From Caldilineae bacterium (GTDB lineage: Bacteria > Chloroflexota > Anaerolineae > DTLA01), in the NCBI GenBank assembly GCA_037446815.1, contig JBBIHX010000013.1, forward strand, positions 1-35,528: a DNA stretch of 35,528 bases, written 5' to 3'. Position numbers and translations under genes: made by a program. The notes beneath the pieces are model-generated. The model made no database searches and was not told where the DNA came from. It was given only the letters and a program-made list of their open reading frames with translations. Positions 8,062 to 17,073 of the stretch are shown here, in pieces. Position 1 is the first letter of the stretch. Each line of letters begins with the position of its first letter.

Positions 8062-10404
8062 ATGGCTATCGTACATGAGGTGATGAAATTGCAGGAAACG
8101 GCAGGGGGAGCTGCCCTAATCGTAGAGGCGGCCACACCAGAGGAAATGACGCGCATCGCCCGCATGCTGGCGGAGGTTGCGCCGTGGGTTATGCCCGTGT
8201 TCGCCGCCTCTACGTCGCAGGCGAGCGCATTGGAGGCCGCCCTCGCCCAGCACAACGGCCTGGTCGTGCAACGGGTTCGCTCCGCGGACGAACTGGCGGC
8301 GCTGCTGGATGCGCTCCGCCGAACGGGTACACCGCGCCGGCCCCCGTCCTGGCTGGGCGGGCTGCTGCGGCTAAGCCTCGCCGTGAGTTCCATCCAGGAC
8401 CAGGACTCGCTGCTGGAGGAACTCCTGGGGCAGGCGACGGCGCTCACCGATGCGGTGCACGGGTGCGTGTGGCTGGTGGACGACGCCGATGGGGTGCTGA
8501 TGCATAGGGCATGCGCGCCGGATTCGCAGTCGGCCCACGCGGCGCTTCCGCCCGGCCTCCCCGAATGGGTGCAGCAGAACCGCAAGGCCATCCTCATCAC
8601 CGCCGCGCCCGACCCCTCGCTCTTGGCGTACACGCGCGCCACGGGGAGCGGGCTTGCCGTCCTGTCCATCCGCCTGGACCGCCGGGCGAAAGGCGAGGCG
8701 CTGGCCGTCCCGCTGATGGCTGCAAGCCGACTGCTGGGCGTGCTGTGCCTCCAGGCGCGGGAGTCGCGCGGAGCCTTCTCCGGCGAGCAGTTTGAGGCGG
8801 TGTCGGTGATGGCGGCGCAGGTGGCCATGAGCCTGGAAGGGACGCGCCTTTTCGCCCGCGTACAGCAGGGCAAGAAGGAATGGGAGGCGACGTTTGACGC
8901 CATCGGCGAGGCGGTGCTGCTCATCAGCCCCGATGGCAAGATTCTCCGGGCGAATCAGGCAGCGGCGCGGGTGGCCGGGCGCCGCTTTACAGACATGGTC
9001 GGCGAGCGCTGTTGCCAGGTGATGGGCGAAACGCGCGAGGCGCCCGACGGCTGCCCACTGGCGCAGGTGCTCCAGACGCGCCGCCCCGCTTCCGCCGAGA
9101 TCACCGACCGCGACGGCTCTCGCATTCGGCATGTGGCCATCTACCCCATCTTTGACGCGCGCGGCGAAATCCAGGCGTTGGTGGAGTACGCCCGCGACAT
9201 CACGCAAATCAAAGCGGCCCAGGCGCGCCTCCTGCAGGCCGAAAAACTGTCGGCCCTGGGCGAGTTGACCGCGGGCGTGGCCCACGAGTTGAACAACCCG
9301 CTGACCTCTATCTTGGGCTTCGTCCAGTTGCTGCAGCGCACCGAACTTTCAGAACGCCAGTCATCCTATCTGGGCGTGATTCACGACGAGACGCGCCGCG
9401 CCGCCCGCATCGTGCGCAACCTGCTCACCTTTGCCCGGCGCCAGGAGCCGGAGAAGAAGATGCTGGACATCAACACCATCCTGGAGGAGACCCTGTCGCT
9501 CCTGGCGTACCAACTGCGCGTGAGCGGCGTCAAGGTGGAGCAAGACCTGGATCCCAACCTGCCCAGGACGGCCGCCGACCCCTACCAGTTGCAGCAGGTG
9601 TTCGTCAACATCATCAACAACGCCCAGCAGGCCATGCAAGAGGCGCACGGCGGCGGCACGCTCACCATCCGCACGATGCCGGTGCTCCGGCCCGCGGGAT
9701 ACGCGCACAACTCCACCCTGAACCTGTCCGACCAACCCGAGTCCACCATGGAGAGTTGGGTGCGCGTGGAATTCACCGACGACGGCCCGGGCATCCCGCC
9801 AGAACTCCTGACGCGCATCTTTGACCCGTTCTTCACGACCAAGGCGCCCGGCAAGGGCACCGGCCTCGGGCTGAGCGTGTGCCACGGCATCGTCCGCGAC
9901 CACGACGGACACATCTGGGCCGAGAGCACGCCAGGACGCGGCGCTACGTTCATCCTGGAATTGCCGGTGCGTGGAGTGCGCAAGGCCGAGGCGGAGAAGG
10001 TCGCCCACGACCGCCTGCCCGAACTGCCGCCGGGCAATGTGCTGGTCATGGACGATGAGGAGAGCACGCTGCGCCTGCTCAAGGAACTTCTGTCCCAACA
10101 CGACCAGAAGGTGGACACGCTGGCGGAGGGCGCGGAGGCGAAGGAGCGCATCGCCGCCACCAGTTACGACGTTATTCTGTGCGACGTGCGCATGCCCGGC
10201 TTCGGGGGCGATGCGCTGTACGAGTACCTGAAGGAGCACCGCCCGGAACTGGTCAAGCGCCTTGTGTTCATCACCGGCGACACGGCCAGCGCCCAGACGC
10301 GGGCCTTCTTGCGCAAGGCGGGCCGCCCGGTGGTGGAGAAGCCCTTTGACGTGGCCGAACTTCTCCGCATCATGCAGAACATCTACCGCGACGCGCGGGA
10401 ATAG
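8062..10404 (+). CDS. hybrid sensor histidine kinase (GAF-PAS-HisKA-HATPase-REC)
   Basis: EWEATFDAI PAS start, AHELNNPL H-box, QVFVNIINNA, DDGPG, FFTTK, GTGLGL, C-terminal VMDDE..ILCD..EKPF; start uncertain (8005-8083). Confidence 0.92.
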   Translation: MAIVHEVMKLQETAGGAALIVEAATPEEMTRIARMLAEVAPWVMPVFAASTSQASALEAALAQHNGLVVQRVRSADELAALLDALRRTGTPRRPPSWLGGLLRLSLAVSSIQDQDSLLEELLGQATALTDAVHGCVWLVDDADGVLMHRACAPDSQSAHAALPPGLPEWVQQNRKAILITAAPDPSLLAYTRATGSGLAVLSIRLDRRAKGEALAVPLMAASRLLGVLCLQARESRGAFSGEQFEAVSVMAAQVAMSLEGTRLFARVQQGKKEWEATFDAIGEAVLLISPDGKILRANQAAARVAGRRFTDMVGERCCQVMGETREAPDGCPLAQVLQTRRPASAEITDRDGSRIRHVAIYPIFDARGEIQALVEYARDITQIKAAQARLLQAEKLSALGELTAGVAHELNNPLTSILGFVQLLQRTELSERQSSYLGVIHDETRRAARIVRNLLTFARRQEPEKKMLDINTILEETLSLLAYQLRVSGVKVEQDLDPNLPRTAADPYQLQQVFVNIINNAQQAMQEAHGGGTLTIRTMPVLRPAGYAHNSTLNLSDQPESTMESWVRVEFTDDGPGIPPELLTRIFDPFFTTKAPGKGTGLGLSVCHGIVRDHDGHIWAESTPGRGATFILELPVRGVRKAEAEKVAHDRLPELPPGNVLVMDDEESTLRLLKELLSQHDQKVDTLAEGAEAKERIAATSYDVILCDVRMPGFGGDALYEYLKEHRPELVKRLVFITGDTASAQTRAFLRKAGRPVVEKPFDVAELLRIMQNIYRDARE

Positions 10405-10438
10405 CGGGCCGCGGCGCGCTGAGGAGAGGGAGACGGCT

Positions 10439-10948
10439 ATGAGCGCGTTTGTGCCCATCAAGCCCGAAGACATCCGCGATAACGTGTTCAAACTCATCGG
10501 CTCCGACTGGATGCTCATCACCGCAGGAACCCGCGACTTTTTCAACATGATGACGGCATCGTGGGGCGGGCTGGGCGTCCTGTGGAACAGGAACATCGCC
10601 ATCTGCTTCATCCGCCCCCAGCGATACACCTACGATTTCATGGAGCGCTCGGAGTACTTCACCCTGTCGTTCTTCGGCGAAGACTACCGAGAGGCGCTCA
10701 ACCTGTGCGGCTCCAAGTCGGGCCGGCAGGTGGACAAAGCCGCCGCTGCCGGCCTCACGGCGGTTGCGGGCGAGACGGGAGCGGTGTACTTCGCGGAGGC
10801 GCGCCTGGTGCTGGAATGCCGCAAGATATACTTCCAAGACCTGGAGCCCACGCACTTTCTGGATTCCACCATTCACAGGAACTATCCGTCGCGGGACTAT
10901 CACCGCATGTACCTGGGCGAAATCCTTCGCTGCCTGGCCAAGACGTAG
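10439..10948 (+). CDS. flavin reductase-like (flavoredoxin) family protein
   Basis: WMLITAG..NMMTASWGG..RPQRYT..CGSKSGR..YHRMYLGEI; purine-rich RBS before ATG 10439. Confidence 0.85.
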   Translation: MSAFVPIKPEDIRDNVFKLIGSDWMLITAGTRDFFNMMTASWGGLGVLWNRNIAICFIRPQRYTYDFMERSEYFTLSFFGEDYREALNLCGSKSGRQVDKAAAAGLTAVAGETGAVYFAEARLVLECRKIYFQDLEPTHFLDSTIHRNYPSRDYHRMYLGEILRCLAKT

Positions 10949-11079
10949 GGGGCATTGCCCAACGGGTGAGACTCCTGCGGGATTGCCCTGGCATGGCGGC
11001 GCGGAACGCTTCGCCTGGGTGCTCACCACCCTCTCGCTATGGCTGCACCAGATTCAGGCGAGAGAGGCGTAGCCGCAGG

Positions 11080-11499
11080 CTAGATGAACAGCGTGATCTT
11101 GGAGTCCTTCGCCTCCTGGACGTAGGCCCCGACCGCGCCGTACTCGTCAATCCAGTCCTCGCGCAAGTCCTCTTTCTTCACGCCCATGATTTCCATGGTC
11201 ATCTCGCAGGCGATAATCTTGCCGCCGAGTTCGCGGAAGTCCTGGATCAACTTTTCCAACTTCGCCACGTTGGCCTGGCGCATCCGCCGTCGGATCATCC
11301 ACTTGCCCAGCCCCAGCAAGTGCATTTTGGACAGGGGGCCGCGCTCTAGCCCGTCCTTCTTCAGCCGCTGGAGCCCCCAGAAGGTAAAGTACAGGGACGC
11401 CTCCATTCCCATGGAGAGCGCCCCCGTTCCGATAATCAGCGCGCTGTAGACCTTATCGTAATCGCCGCTGTGCACGACGATGGTTGCCTTGTCGGCCAT
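11080..11499 (-). CDS. DsrE/DsrF/DrsH-like sulfur-relay (peroxiredoxin-family) protein
   Basis: HSGDYDK...LYFTFWGL...IIACEMTMEIMG...GAVGAY; AGGAGG before ATG 11499. Confidence 0.85.
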   Translation of the reverse strand: MADKATIVVHSGDYDKVYSALIIGTGALSMGMEASLYFTFWGLQRLKKDGLERGPLSKMHLLGLGKWMIRRRMRQANVAKLEKLIQDFRELGGKIIACEMTMEIMGVKKEDLREDWIDEYGAVGAYVQEAKDSKITLFI

Positions 11500-11518
11500 G
11501 GTTGGCCTCCTTATTGCG

Positions 11519-11743
11519 CTACTTGCGGATGCGAATCCTCCACGTCCCGTCATCCGCGTCGGTGATGTCCAGCAGTTGCAGGCCCAGGTTCTTGACCGCC
11601 ATGGGAATCTCGCGCTTGGAGGCCTGGTGCGTGCCGATGACCTCCACCACGTCGCCCTCGGCGGCCTTGCGCAGGGCCTTGCGCGTCTCAATCAGCGGAA
11701 TCGGGCAGGTCTCGCCCTTGACGTCCACGACAATATTGCCCAT
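11519..11743 (-). CDS. tusA: TusA/SirA-family sulfur carrier
   Basis: VDVKGETCPIP (CPxP) motif, 74 aa, GGAGGTG RBS. Confidence 0.88.
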   Translation of the reverse strand: MGNIVVDVKGETCPIPLIETRKALRKAAEGDVVEVIGTHQASKREIPMAVKNLGLQLLDITDADDGTWRIRIRK

Positions 11744-11770
11744 ATGCACCTCCCGGCGGGTATGGCCGCT

Positions 11771-12418
11771 CTACTCTTGCTCGTCGTCGTTGAAGATTAC
11801 CCGCACCTCGGCCACGTCCCACAGGGGCTCCAGGCGCTCGCGAATCTCCTGCTCAATGTTGTTGGCGAATTGGTGATCGCGGGTCAGGTCTACCCAGACG
11901 GTAACCACGCCGTTGCTCACGTCCATCTGCTTGACCACATGGGTCTTGACGATGTCCAAGCCGGTGAGCGGGTTCATCACGTGGCGCAGGCGCTTCTCCA
12001 CGACTTCCACGGTGGTGGGCTCGCGGTCGGCCACCAAGCCATGGCGCTCCTCGTAGTTGCGGATGGCGGCGCGCAGGGTGTCCACGGCCAGCACGGAGCA
12101 GTGCACCTTGACCGCCGGCAGGCCGCCCAGTTCCTCGGCGGCGGCCTTCCAGTTAATTTTGCGCGCCTCATCCAGCGTCTTGCCCTTGGCGAGTTCGGTG
12201 ATGATGGAGCCGGTGGCGATGTTGGATGCGCACCCGTAGGACTCAAACTTGATGTCCTGGATGGTCTTGGTCGCCTCGTCCACCTTCAGGTACAGGGTTA
12301 CCATGTCGCCGCAGGCGGGGCTGCCCTCGGTGGCCTTGGCGTCGTAGTCTTCCATGCGGCCCACGTTGCGCGGGTTCTTGAAATGCTCAATGACTTTTTC
12401 GCTGTATGGAATTGGCAT
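11771..12418 (-). CDS. iscU: IscU/NifU-N Fe-S scaffold fused to a C-terminal DUF59/MIP18-like domain
   Basis: YSEKVIEHFKNPRNVG, ACGD, GCAS, LPAVKVHC; extra C-terminal LRHVMNPLTGLDIV..V.VDLT domain. Confidence 0.85.
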   Translation of the reverse strand: MPIPYSEKVIEHFKNPRNVGRMEDYDAKATEGSPACGDMVTLYLKVDEATKTIQDIKFESYGCASNIATGSIITELAKGKTLDEARKINWKAAAEELGGLPAVKVHCSVLAVDTLRAAIRNYEERHGLVADREPTTVEVVEKRLRHVMNPLTGLDIVKTHVVKQMDVSNGVVTVWVDLTRDHQFANNIEQEIRERLEPLWDVAEVRVIFNDDEQE

Positions 12419-12437
12419 AAGGTCTGTCCTCCTATCG

Positions 12438-12505
12438 TTAGCCGTCAGCGGTCAGCCGTCAGCGATCAGCCATGCCTACGCTGACGGCTGACTGCTGTCC
12501 GCTAT
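12438..12505. repeat. 7-nt periodic tandem repeat followed by its inverse
   Basis: TTAGCCG TCAGCGG TCAGCCG TCAGCGA TCAGCC ... GCTGACG GCTGACT GCTGTCC GCTA. Confidence 0.8.
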
Positions 12506-13674
12506 TTCTCATCCTTGCCCAGCGGGCTGATGCGGCGCAGGGTCTCTATGACCTCCGCGGTCGCTTCTATGACGCGATCCACTTCCTCGGCCGTGTTGTA
12601 GCGGCTCAGCGAGTAGCGGATGGAGCCATGGGCGATTTCGTGGGTCTTGCCCATGGCCATCAGCACATAACTCGGCTCCAGCGAGCGGCTGAAGCAGGCC
12701 GAGCCGGTTACCACGGCGATGCCCATCATGTCCAGGTGCAGCAGGGTGGACTCGCCCTCGGCGTAGTGGAACGAGATGTTGACGTTGTTCGGCAGGCGGC
12801 GATAGCGCGGGCCGTTGAGTTCGGATTTCGGAATGCGCGCCATGATGCCGTCTATCAGGCGGTCGCGCAGGCTGGACATGTACTCCACCTGCGTGGCGCT
12901 GGTCAACTCCACGGCCTTGGCGAACCCCACGGCTCCGGGCACGTTCTCCACGCCGCCGCGCAGGTTGAACTCCATGAACCCGCCGTGCATCCACTTGGCG
13001 ATGGGCGTCCCCTCGCGGACGTACAGCGCGCCGATGCCCTTCGGCCCGTGAATCAAATGCGCCGTGATGGTTACCAGGTCGGCGGGCGTCTCGGCCAGGT
13101 TCAGCGGAACCTTGGTGAAGGTCTGCGAGGCGTCGGTGTGGAACGCCACGCCGCGCTCCTTCACGATGGCGGCGATGGCGTCTATATCCTGGATGGTGCC
13201 CACTTCCTCGTTGGCGTGCTGGATGGACACCAGGAACGTGTCGTCGGTGATGCTGGCGCGCAACTGCTCCAGGTCCACAAACCCCTCGCCGTCCACGTCT
13301 AGGTAGGTAACGCGGACGCCCTCTTTTTCAAGCGCTTGCGCGGTATCCAGCACGGACCGGGACTCAATCTTGGAGATGATGAGATGATTCTTTTTGCCGC
13401 GGAAGGCGCGGGCCATGCCTTTCAGGGCCCAGTTGTTGGACTCGGTCTCGCCGGACGTGAAGATGACCTCCTCGGGCTTGGCCGCGCCCAGGGCCTGGGC
13501 GATGGTGGCGCGGGCAGCATCCAGCGCCTCGCGGACCTCAATCCCGGGCGAGTGGCTGAACTGCGACGAGGCCACGGCGTATTTTTCGGTAAAGAAAGGC
13601 AGCATCGCTTCCACAACGGCAGGGTCCACCCGTGTGGTCGCGGCATTGTCCATGTAGATGATCCCGTCTTGCAT
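12502..13674 (-). CDS. iscS: IscS/NifS-like cysteine desulfurase homolog lacking the PLP-binding lysine
   Basis: YMDNAATT, FTSGETESNN, NEEVGTIQDI, HTDASQ, AH-L-IHGPKG, GSAC. Confidence 0.88.
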   Translation of the reverse strand: MQDGIIYMDNAATTRVDPAVVEAMLPFFTEKYAVASSQFSHSPGIEVREALDAARATIAQALGAAKPEEVIFTSGETESNNWALKGMARAFRGKKNHLIISKIESRSVLDTAQALEKEGVRVTYLDVDGEGFVDLEQLRASITDDTFLVSIQHANEEVGTIQDIDAIAAIVKERGVAFHTDASQTFTKVPLNLAETPADLVTITAHLIHGPKGIGALYVREGTPIAKWMHGGFMEFNLRGGVENVPGAVGFAKAVELTSATQVEYMSSLRDRLIDGIMARIPKSELNGPRYRRLPNNVNISFHYAEGESTLLHLDMMGIAVVTGSACFSRSLEPSYVLMAMGKTHEIAHGSIRYSLSRYNTAEEVDRVIEATAEVIETLRRISPLGKDEK

Positions 13675-13797
13675 CTTGCACTTCCTTGCACGGCATGTTA
13701 TCGGCAGCGACGGCGCGTTTGGCGGGAACTATGCCAACAGCGTTGAGCCGCGCGCGCCGCCTCTACCAATCGTATTCTATCCCCGGCAGGGGGTGGT

Positions 13798-13857
13798 GAA
13801 TATGACCAAAGTCATATTCGCGGGGGAAATCCTATCATAAAGTCGGATTTTTGTCAA
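13798..13857 (-). promoter_or_regulatory. promoter of the iscS operon with two inverted-repeat operators
   Basis: TTGACA (13857-52)-17nt-TAGGAT (13834-29); AAATCC-N12-GGATTT at 13827-50; GAATATGAC-N4-GTCATATTC at 13798-819. Confidence 0.7.
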
Positions 13858-13876
13858 AGCGGGGGCGGGCGCGACT

Positions 13877-14017
13877 CGGTTCCAAAGTCTGTTGGTGGCT
13901 GTCATTGCGAGGGCGCGGAGCGGCCGAAGCAATCTCCGGGGCGTGGGATGCTTCGCTTCGCTCGCAATGACACACGAGGAGGGTGCGCCTACGGTTCACC
14001 AACACAAGGTGGAACCG
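13877..14017 (-). repeat. about 141-bp MITE/REP-like element, copy A (inverted)
   Basis: Termini CGGTTCCA...TGGAACCG, internal GTCATTGCGAG...CTCGCAATGAC palindrome; aligns with 15268-15409 and 18739-18879. Confidence 0.85.
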
Positions 14018-14097
14018 AATCGCGGGCGGAATCCCATTGCGCCCATACGGGCGGGATGCCGTGAGGCGCGATGTGTGGGGCGGGATTCGCGCGCACC

Positions 14098-15159
14098 CTA
14101 CCACGACGCGGCCACTGCCACGGTGCGCGCGCCCTCCACCACCTCGCCCACGATCCAGTATGCCTGGCCCGCCTCGCGCAGGGCCGTCTCCAGCGCCGGC
14201 AGGTGCGCGGGGGGCACCGCGATGAGCAGCCCGCCCGATGTTTCGGGGTCGTACAGCAGCAGTTGCGTCTCGTCCGGGATGCCAGCCGCGAAGGATACAT
14301 GCGGCTTGTAGAACCGTTCGTTGTTGTACGCGCCGCCCGGGAAGACCCACTTGGCGGCGTATTCGTGCGCGCCCGGGAGGAAGGGCAGCGCCTCCAGGAC
14401 GAATCGCAGCCCCACGCCGCTGTTGGCCGCCATCTCCTGCGCGTGGCCCAGCAGGCCGAACCCGGTGATGTCGGTGGCTGCATGCACGCCGGCGGCCTGC
14501 ATGGCGCGCGCGGCGGCCTGGTTCAGGCGCAACATGCTGGCGGTCGCTGCGTCCACGTGGGCAGCATCGGCCAGGCCCTGCTTGAGCGCCGTCGTGATGA
14601 CGCCAACGCCCAGAGGCTTGGTCAGCACAAGGATGTCGCCAACTTGCGCGTTGCTCTTGGTGATGACCCTGGCCGGATGCACCGTGCCGGTTACGCACAG
14701 GCCGAATTTCGGCTCTTTGTCCTCCATGGTGTGGCCGCCGGCCAGCACCGCGCCTGCCTCGGCCACCTTGTCGCCCGCGCCGCGCAGGATGTCGCCGGCG
14801 ACCTCGGGCGGCAGGTCTGGCGGGAACGCGGCGATGCTCAACGCCAGCAGCACCTCGCCGCCCATGGCCCACACGTCGCTCATGGCGTTGACGGCGGCGA
14901 TGGCCCCGTAGGTGTAGGCGTCGTCCACCACCGGCGCGAAGAAGTCCAGCGTCTGGACGATGGCCAGATCCGGCGCAAGGCGGTACACGGCGGCATCGTC
15001 GGCCTTGCCGAGTCCAACGAGCAGGTCGGGGAACTGGGATTCTCGGAATGCGTCTTTTAGTGGCTGCAGAACCTGCGCCAGGGCCTCAGGCCCCATTTTG
15101 CCCGCTCAGCCCGCGCACGAGGCGAGGGCCGTCAGCCGTATCTTGTCGCGTTCGCTCAT
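14098..15159 (-). CDS. selD: selenide, water dikinase (selenophosphate synthetase), selenoprotein with Sec18
   Basis: Frame continues upstream of the called ORF: MSERDKIRLTALASCAG-UGA(15108-06)-AGKMGP; GGAG RBS; DDAAVY, QTLDFF, NAMSDVWAMGG, GGHT, TDITGFGLLGH, DPETSGGLL. Confidence 0.95.
15079..15095 (-). promoter_or_regulatory. bacterial SECIS-like hairpin in selD
   Basis: TGGGGCC-TGA-GGCCCTG at +11 to +27 after the UGA, G in the apical loop. Confidence 0.6.
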
Positions 15160-15218
15160 GTTCGGTCTCCTAATTCAGAACGTGCGGCAGGGCTGTGAGA
15201 AAGCGCTCCCCGCAACGC

Positions 15219-15248
15219 ATTGTACCCCGCCGATGGCCGTTCTGTCCA
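15219..15248 (-). promoter_or_regulatory. possible internal promoter for selD
   Basis: TGGACA-18nt-TACAAT about 60 nt before the selD start. Confidence 0.4.
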
Positions 15249-15267
15249 CCCCGCGGGGCGCGGGATT

Positions 15268-15409
15268 CGGTTCCATCTTGTGTTGGTGAAACGCATGGAC
15301 ACTTTCCTCGTGTGTCGTTGCGAGCGAAGCGAAGCAACCTCACGCCCCAGGGATTGCTTCGGGCGCTCCGCGCCCTCGCAATGACAAATACCAACAGACT
15401 TTGGAACCG
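15268..15409 (+). repeat. about 142-bp MITE/REP-like element, copy B
   Basis: Near-identical to 18739-18879; terminal inverted repeats. Confidence 0.88.
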
Positions 15410-15422
15410 AATCAGGGTGCGG

Positions 15423-15595
15423 AGTCGGTTCCGTCTCGCGTTGGCCTATCCCACGCACCGCCTCCCCGCTCTGTCATGCTGAGCCGAAGGCGATACGCTC
15501 TCGCCCTTCGGGAGAGGGCCGGGGTGAGGGGCGAGATTCTTCGCGGCCTCGCTGCTCCGAATGACAGCAGATGCCAAGAGACTCTGGAACCGACT
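15423..15595. repeat. related element with the same terminal stem and different internal REP cassettes
   Basis: AGTCGGTTCC...GGAACCGACT enclosing GTCATGCTGAGC..., GGGAGAGGGCCGGGGTGAGGG and GAGATTCTTCGC...GAATGAC motifs. Confidence 0.7.
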
Positions 15596-15611
15596 GGGCG
15601 TGCGCCGTTCG

Positions 15612-15836
15612 CTACACGTCGCAGATGTCCTCAATCTCCAACCTCGCGGCCTCCAATGTGCGGCGAGCGGCATCCGCGTCGGCGCGGCCCACTCGCACGC
15701 ACACGCCGCAATCCGAACTGATGTGGCGCGGCACGGGGATCATCTTGCAGGCGATGCCCGCCGCCAAGAGCACCTTCTCCGCGCGGATGGCGTGGCTGGT
15801 GCTGGGGACGAGGATGACGGCGTACCCTTCGCTCAT
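15612..15836 (-). CDS. DUF3343-family small protein (putative Se/S carrier)
   Basis: STSHAIRAEKVL...IPVPRHISSDCG; ATGA overlap with the upstream gene. Confidence 0.82.
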   Translation of the reverse strand: MSEGYAVILVPSTSHAIRAEKVLLAAGIACKMIPVPRHISSDCGVCVRVGRADADAARRTLEAARLEIEDICDV

Positions 15837-16990
15837 CGTCGCGCCTCCCGCGCCAGTTCCGCCACGGCGGCCAGGGCGGCGTCTACCTCGTCGACCGTGT
15901 TGAATACGCCCATCCCGAATCGCACCGTGCCCACGGGGAACGTGCCGAGGGTCTTGTGCGCTGCCGGCGCGCAGTGCAGCCCCACGCGGCACAGGATGCC
16001 ATGCTCCTCGTCCAGGCGCAGGCCGACTTCCGACGGTTCCATGCCGGCGATGTTGAAGGAGACGGTCGCCGTCTGGCGCGCGGAGTCCAGCGGGCCGTAC
16101 ACCGTAACGCCGTCAATCTCCTGCAGCCCGTCCATGAGCCGCTGGGCGAGCGTCCTCTCATGAGCGCGGATGGCGTCCACGCCGCGCAGCATGACCCAGC
16201 GGATGCCCGCCTCCAGCCCCGCGAGGCCCACCGCGTTGGGCGTTCCGCTTTCCAGCATGTCGGGGAGGAAGTCCGGCTGCTCTTCGCGCTCGGAGCGGCT
16301 GCCTGTGCCGCCGCGGATGAGCGGCTCCATCTGCGAAACGTCCACGCGCTCCCCGACGATGAGCCCCCCGGTGCCCATAGGCCCCAGGAGCGATTTGTGG
16401 CCGGTGAAGGCGAGCAGGTCTATGCCGTCGGCCTGCACGTCAATGGGATAGGCCCCGGCCGTCTGCGCCGCGTCCACCAGGAGCAGAAGGCCCCGCGCGC
16501 GGGCGATGCGTCCCACCTCGCGCACCGGCAGGATGGTGCCACTCACGTTGGAGGCGTGATTCAGGACGATCATGCGGGTATTGGGACGGATGGCGGCCTC
16601 CACATCGGCGGGGTTCAGGGCGCCTTCGGGTGAGCAGCGCACCACGGTCAGCCCCACGCCCTCGCGCTCTAGCGCGCGTAGCGGGCGCATGACCGAGTTG
16701 TGCTCCATGGAACTGGTAATGACGTGGTGGCCCGGGCGCAGCAACCCGCGCATGGCCATGTTGAGCGCCGCGGTAACGTTGGCGGTGAAGGCGACGCGGA
16801 GCGGGTCGGGCGCGTTGACGAGTTCGCAGATGGCCTCGCGGGCGGCGTACACGATGCGGCCCGATTCCACCGCCAGGCGGTGCGCCGAGCGGCCCGGGTT
16901 TGCGCCGACTTCGCGCAGGAAGTGGGGCATCGCCTCGGCGACTTCCGGCGGCTTGGGCCACGAGGTTGCGGCGTTGTCAAAGTAGATCAC
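15833..16990 (-). CDS. class V aminotransferase, cysteine desulfurase / selenocysteine lyase-like
   Basis: MIYFDNAATSWPKP, EHNSV, HASNV, DAAQ, GHKSLLGP (PLP Lys intact), RVGLHCAP. Confidence 0.9.
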   Translation of the reverse strand: MIYFDNAATSWPKPPEVAEAMPHFLREVGANPGRSAHRLAVESGRIVYAAREAICELVNAPDPLRVAFTANVTAALNMAMRGLLRPGHHVITSSMEHNSVMRPLRALEREGVGLTVVRCSPEGALNPADVEAAIRPNTRMIVLNHASNVSGTILPVREVGRIARARGLLLLVDAAQTAGAYPIDVQADGIDLLAFTGHKSLLGPMGTGGLIVGERVDVSQMEPLIRGGTGSRSEREEQPDFLPDMLESGTPNAVGLAGLEAGIRWVMLRGVDAIRAHERTLAQRLMDGLQEIDGVTVYGPLDSARQTATVSFNIAGMEPSEVGLRLDEEHGILCRVGLHCAPAAHKTLGTFPVGTVRFGMGVFNTVDEVDAALAAVAELAREARR

Positions 16991-17073
16991 GGCACTCTCC
17001 CAAACGTTGCGGCCGGGGGTCTCCCGGATTATCGCTGGGATGGGAGACCCCCAGGCCGTGCGCGAATCCCGCG

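Noticed and set aside
10990..11072. Protein-like tail WVLTTLSLWLHQIQAREA in the convergent gap, possible gene relic
   Set aside because: Too short to assign; no start or family support.
15097..15159. selD as a truncated gene or pseudogene
   Set aside because: The stop is a UGA at the catalytic Cys/Sec position with a downstream hairpin and an intact upstream frame and RBS.
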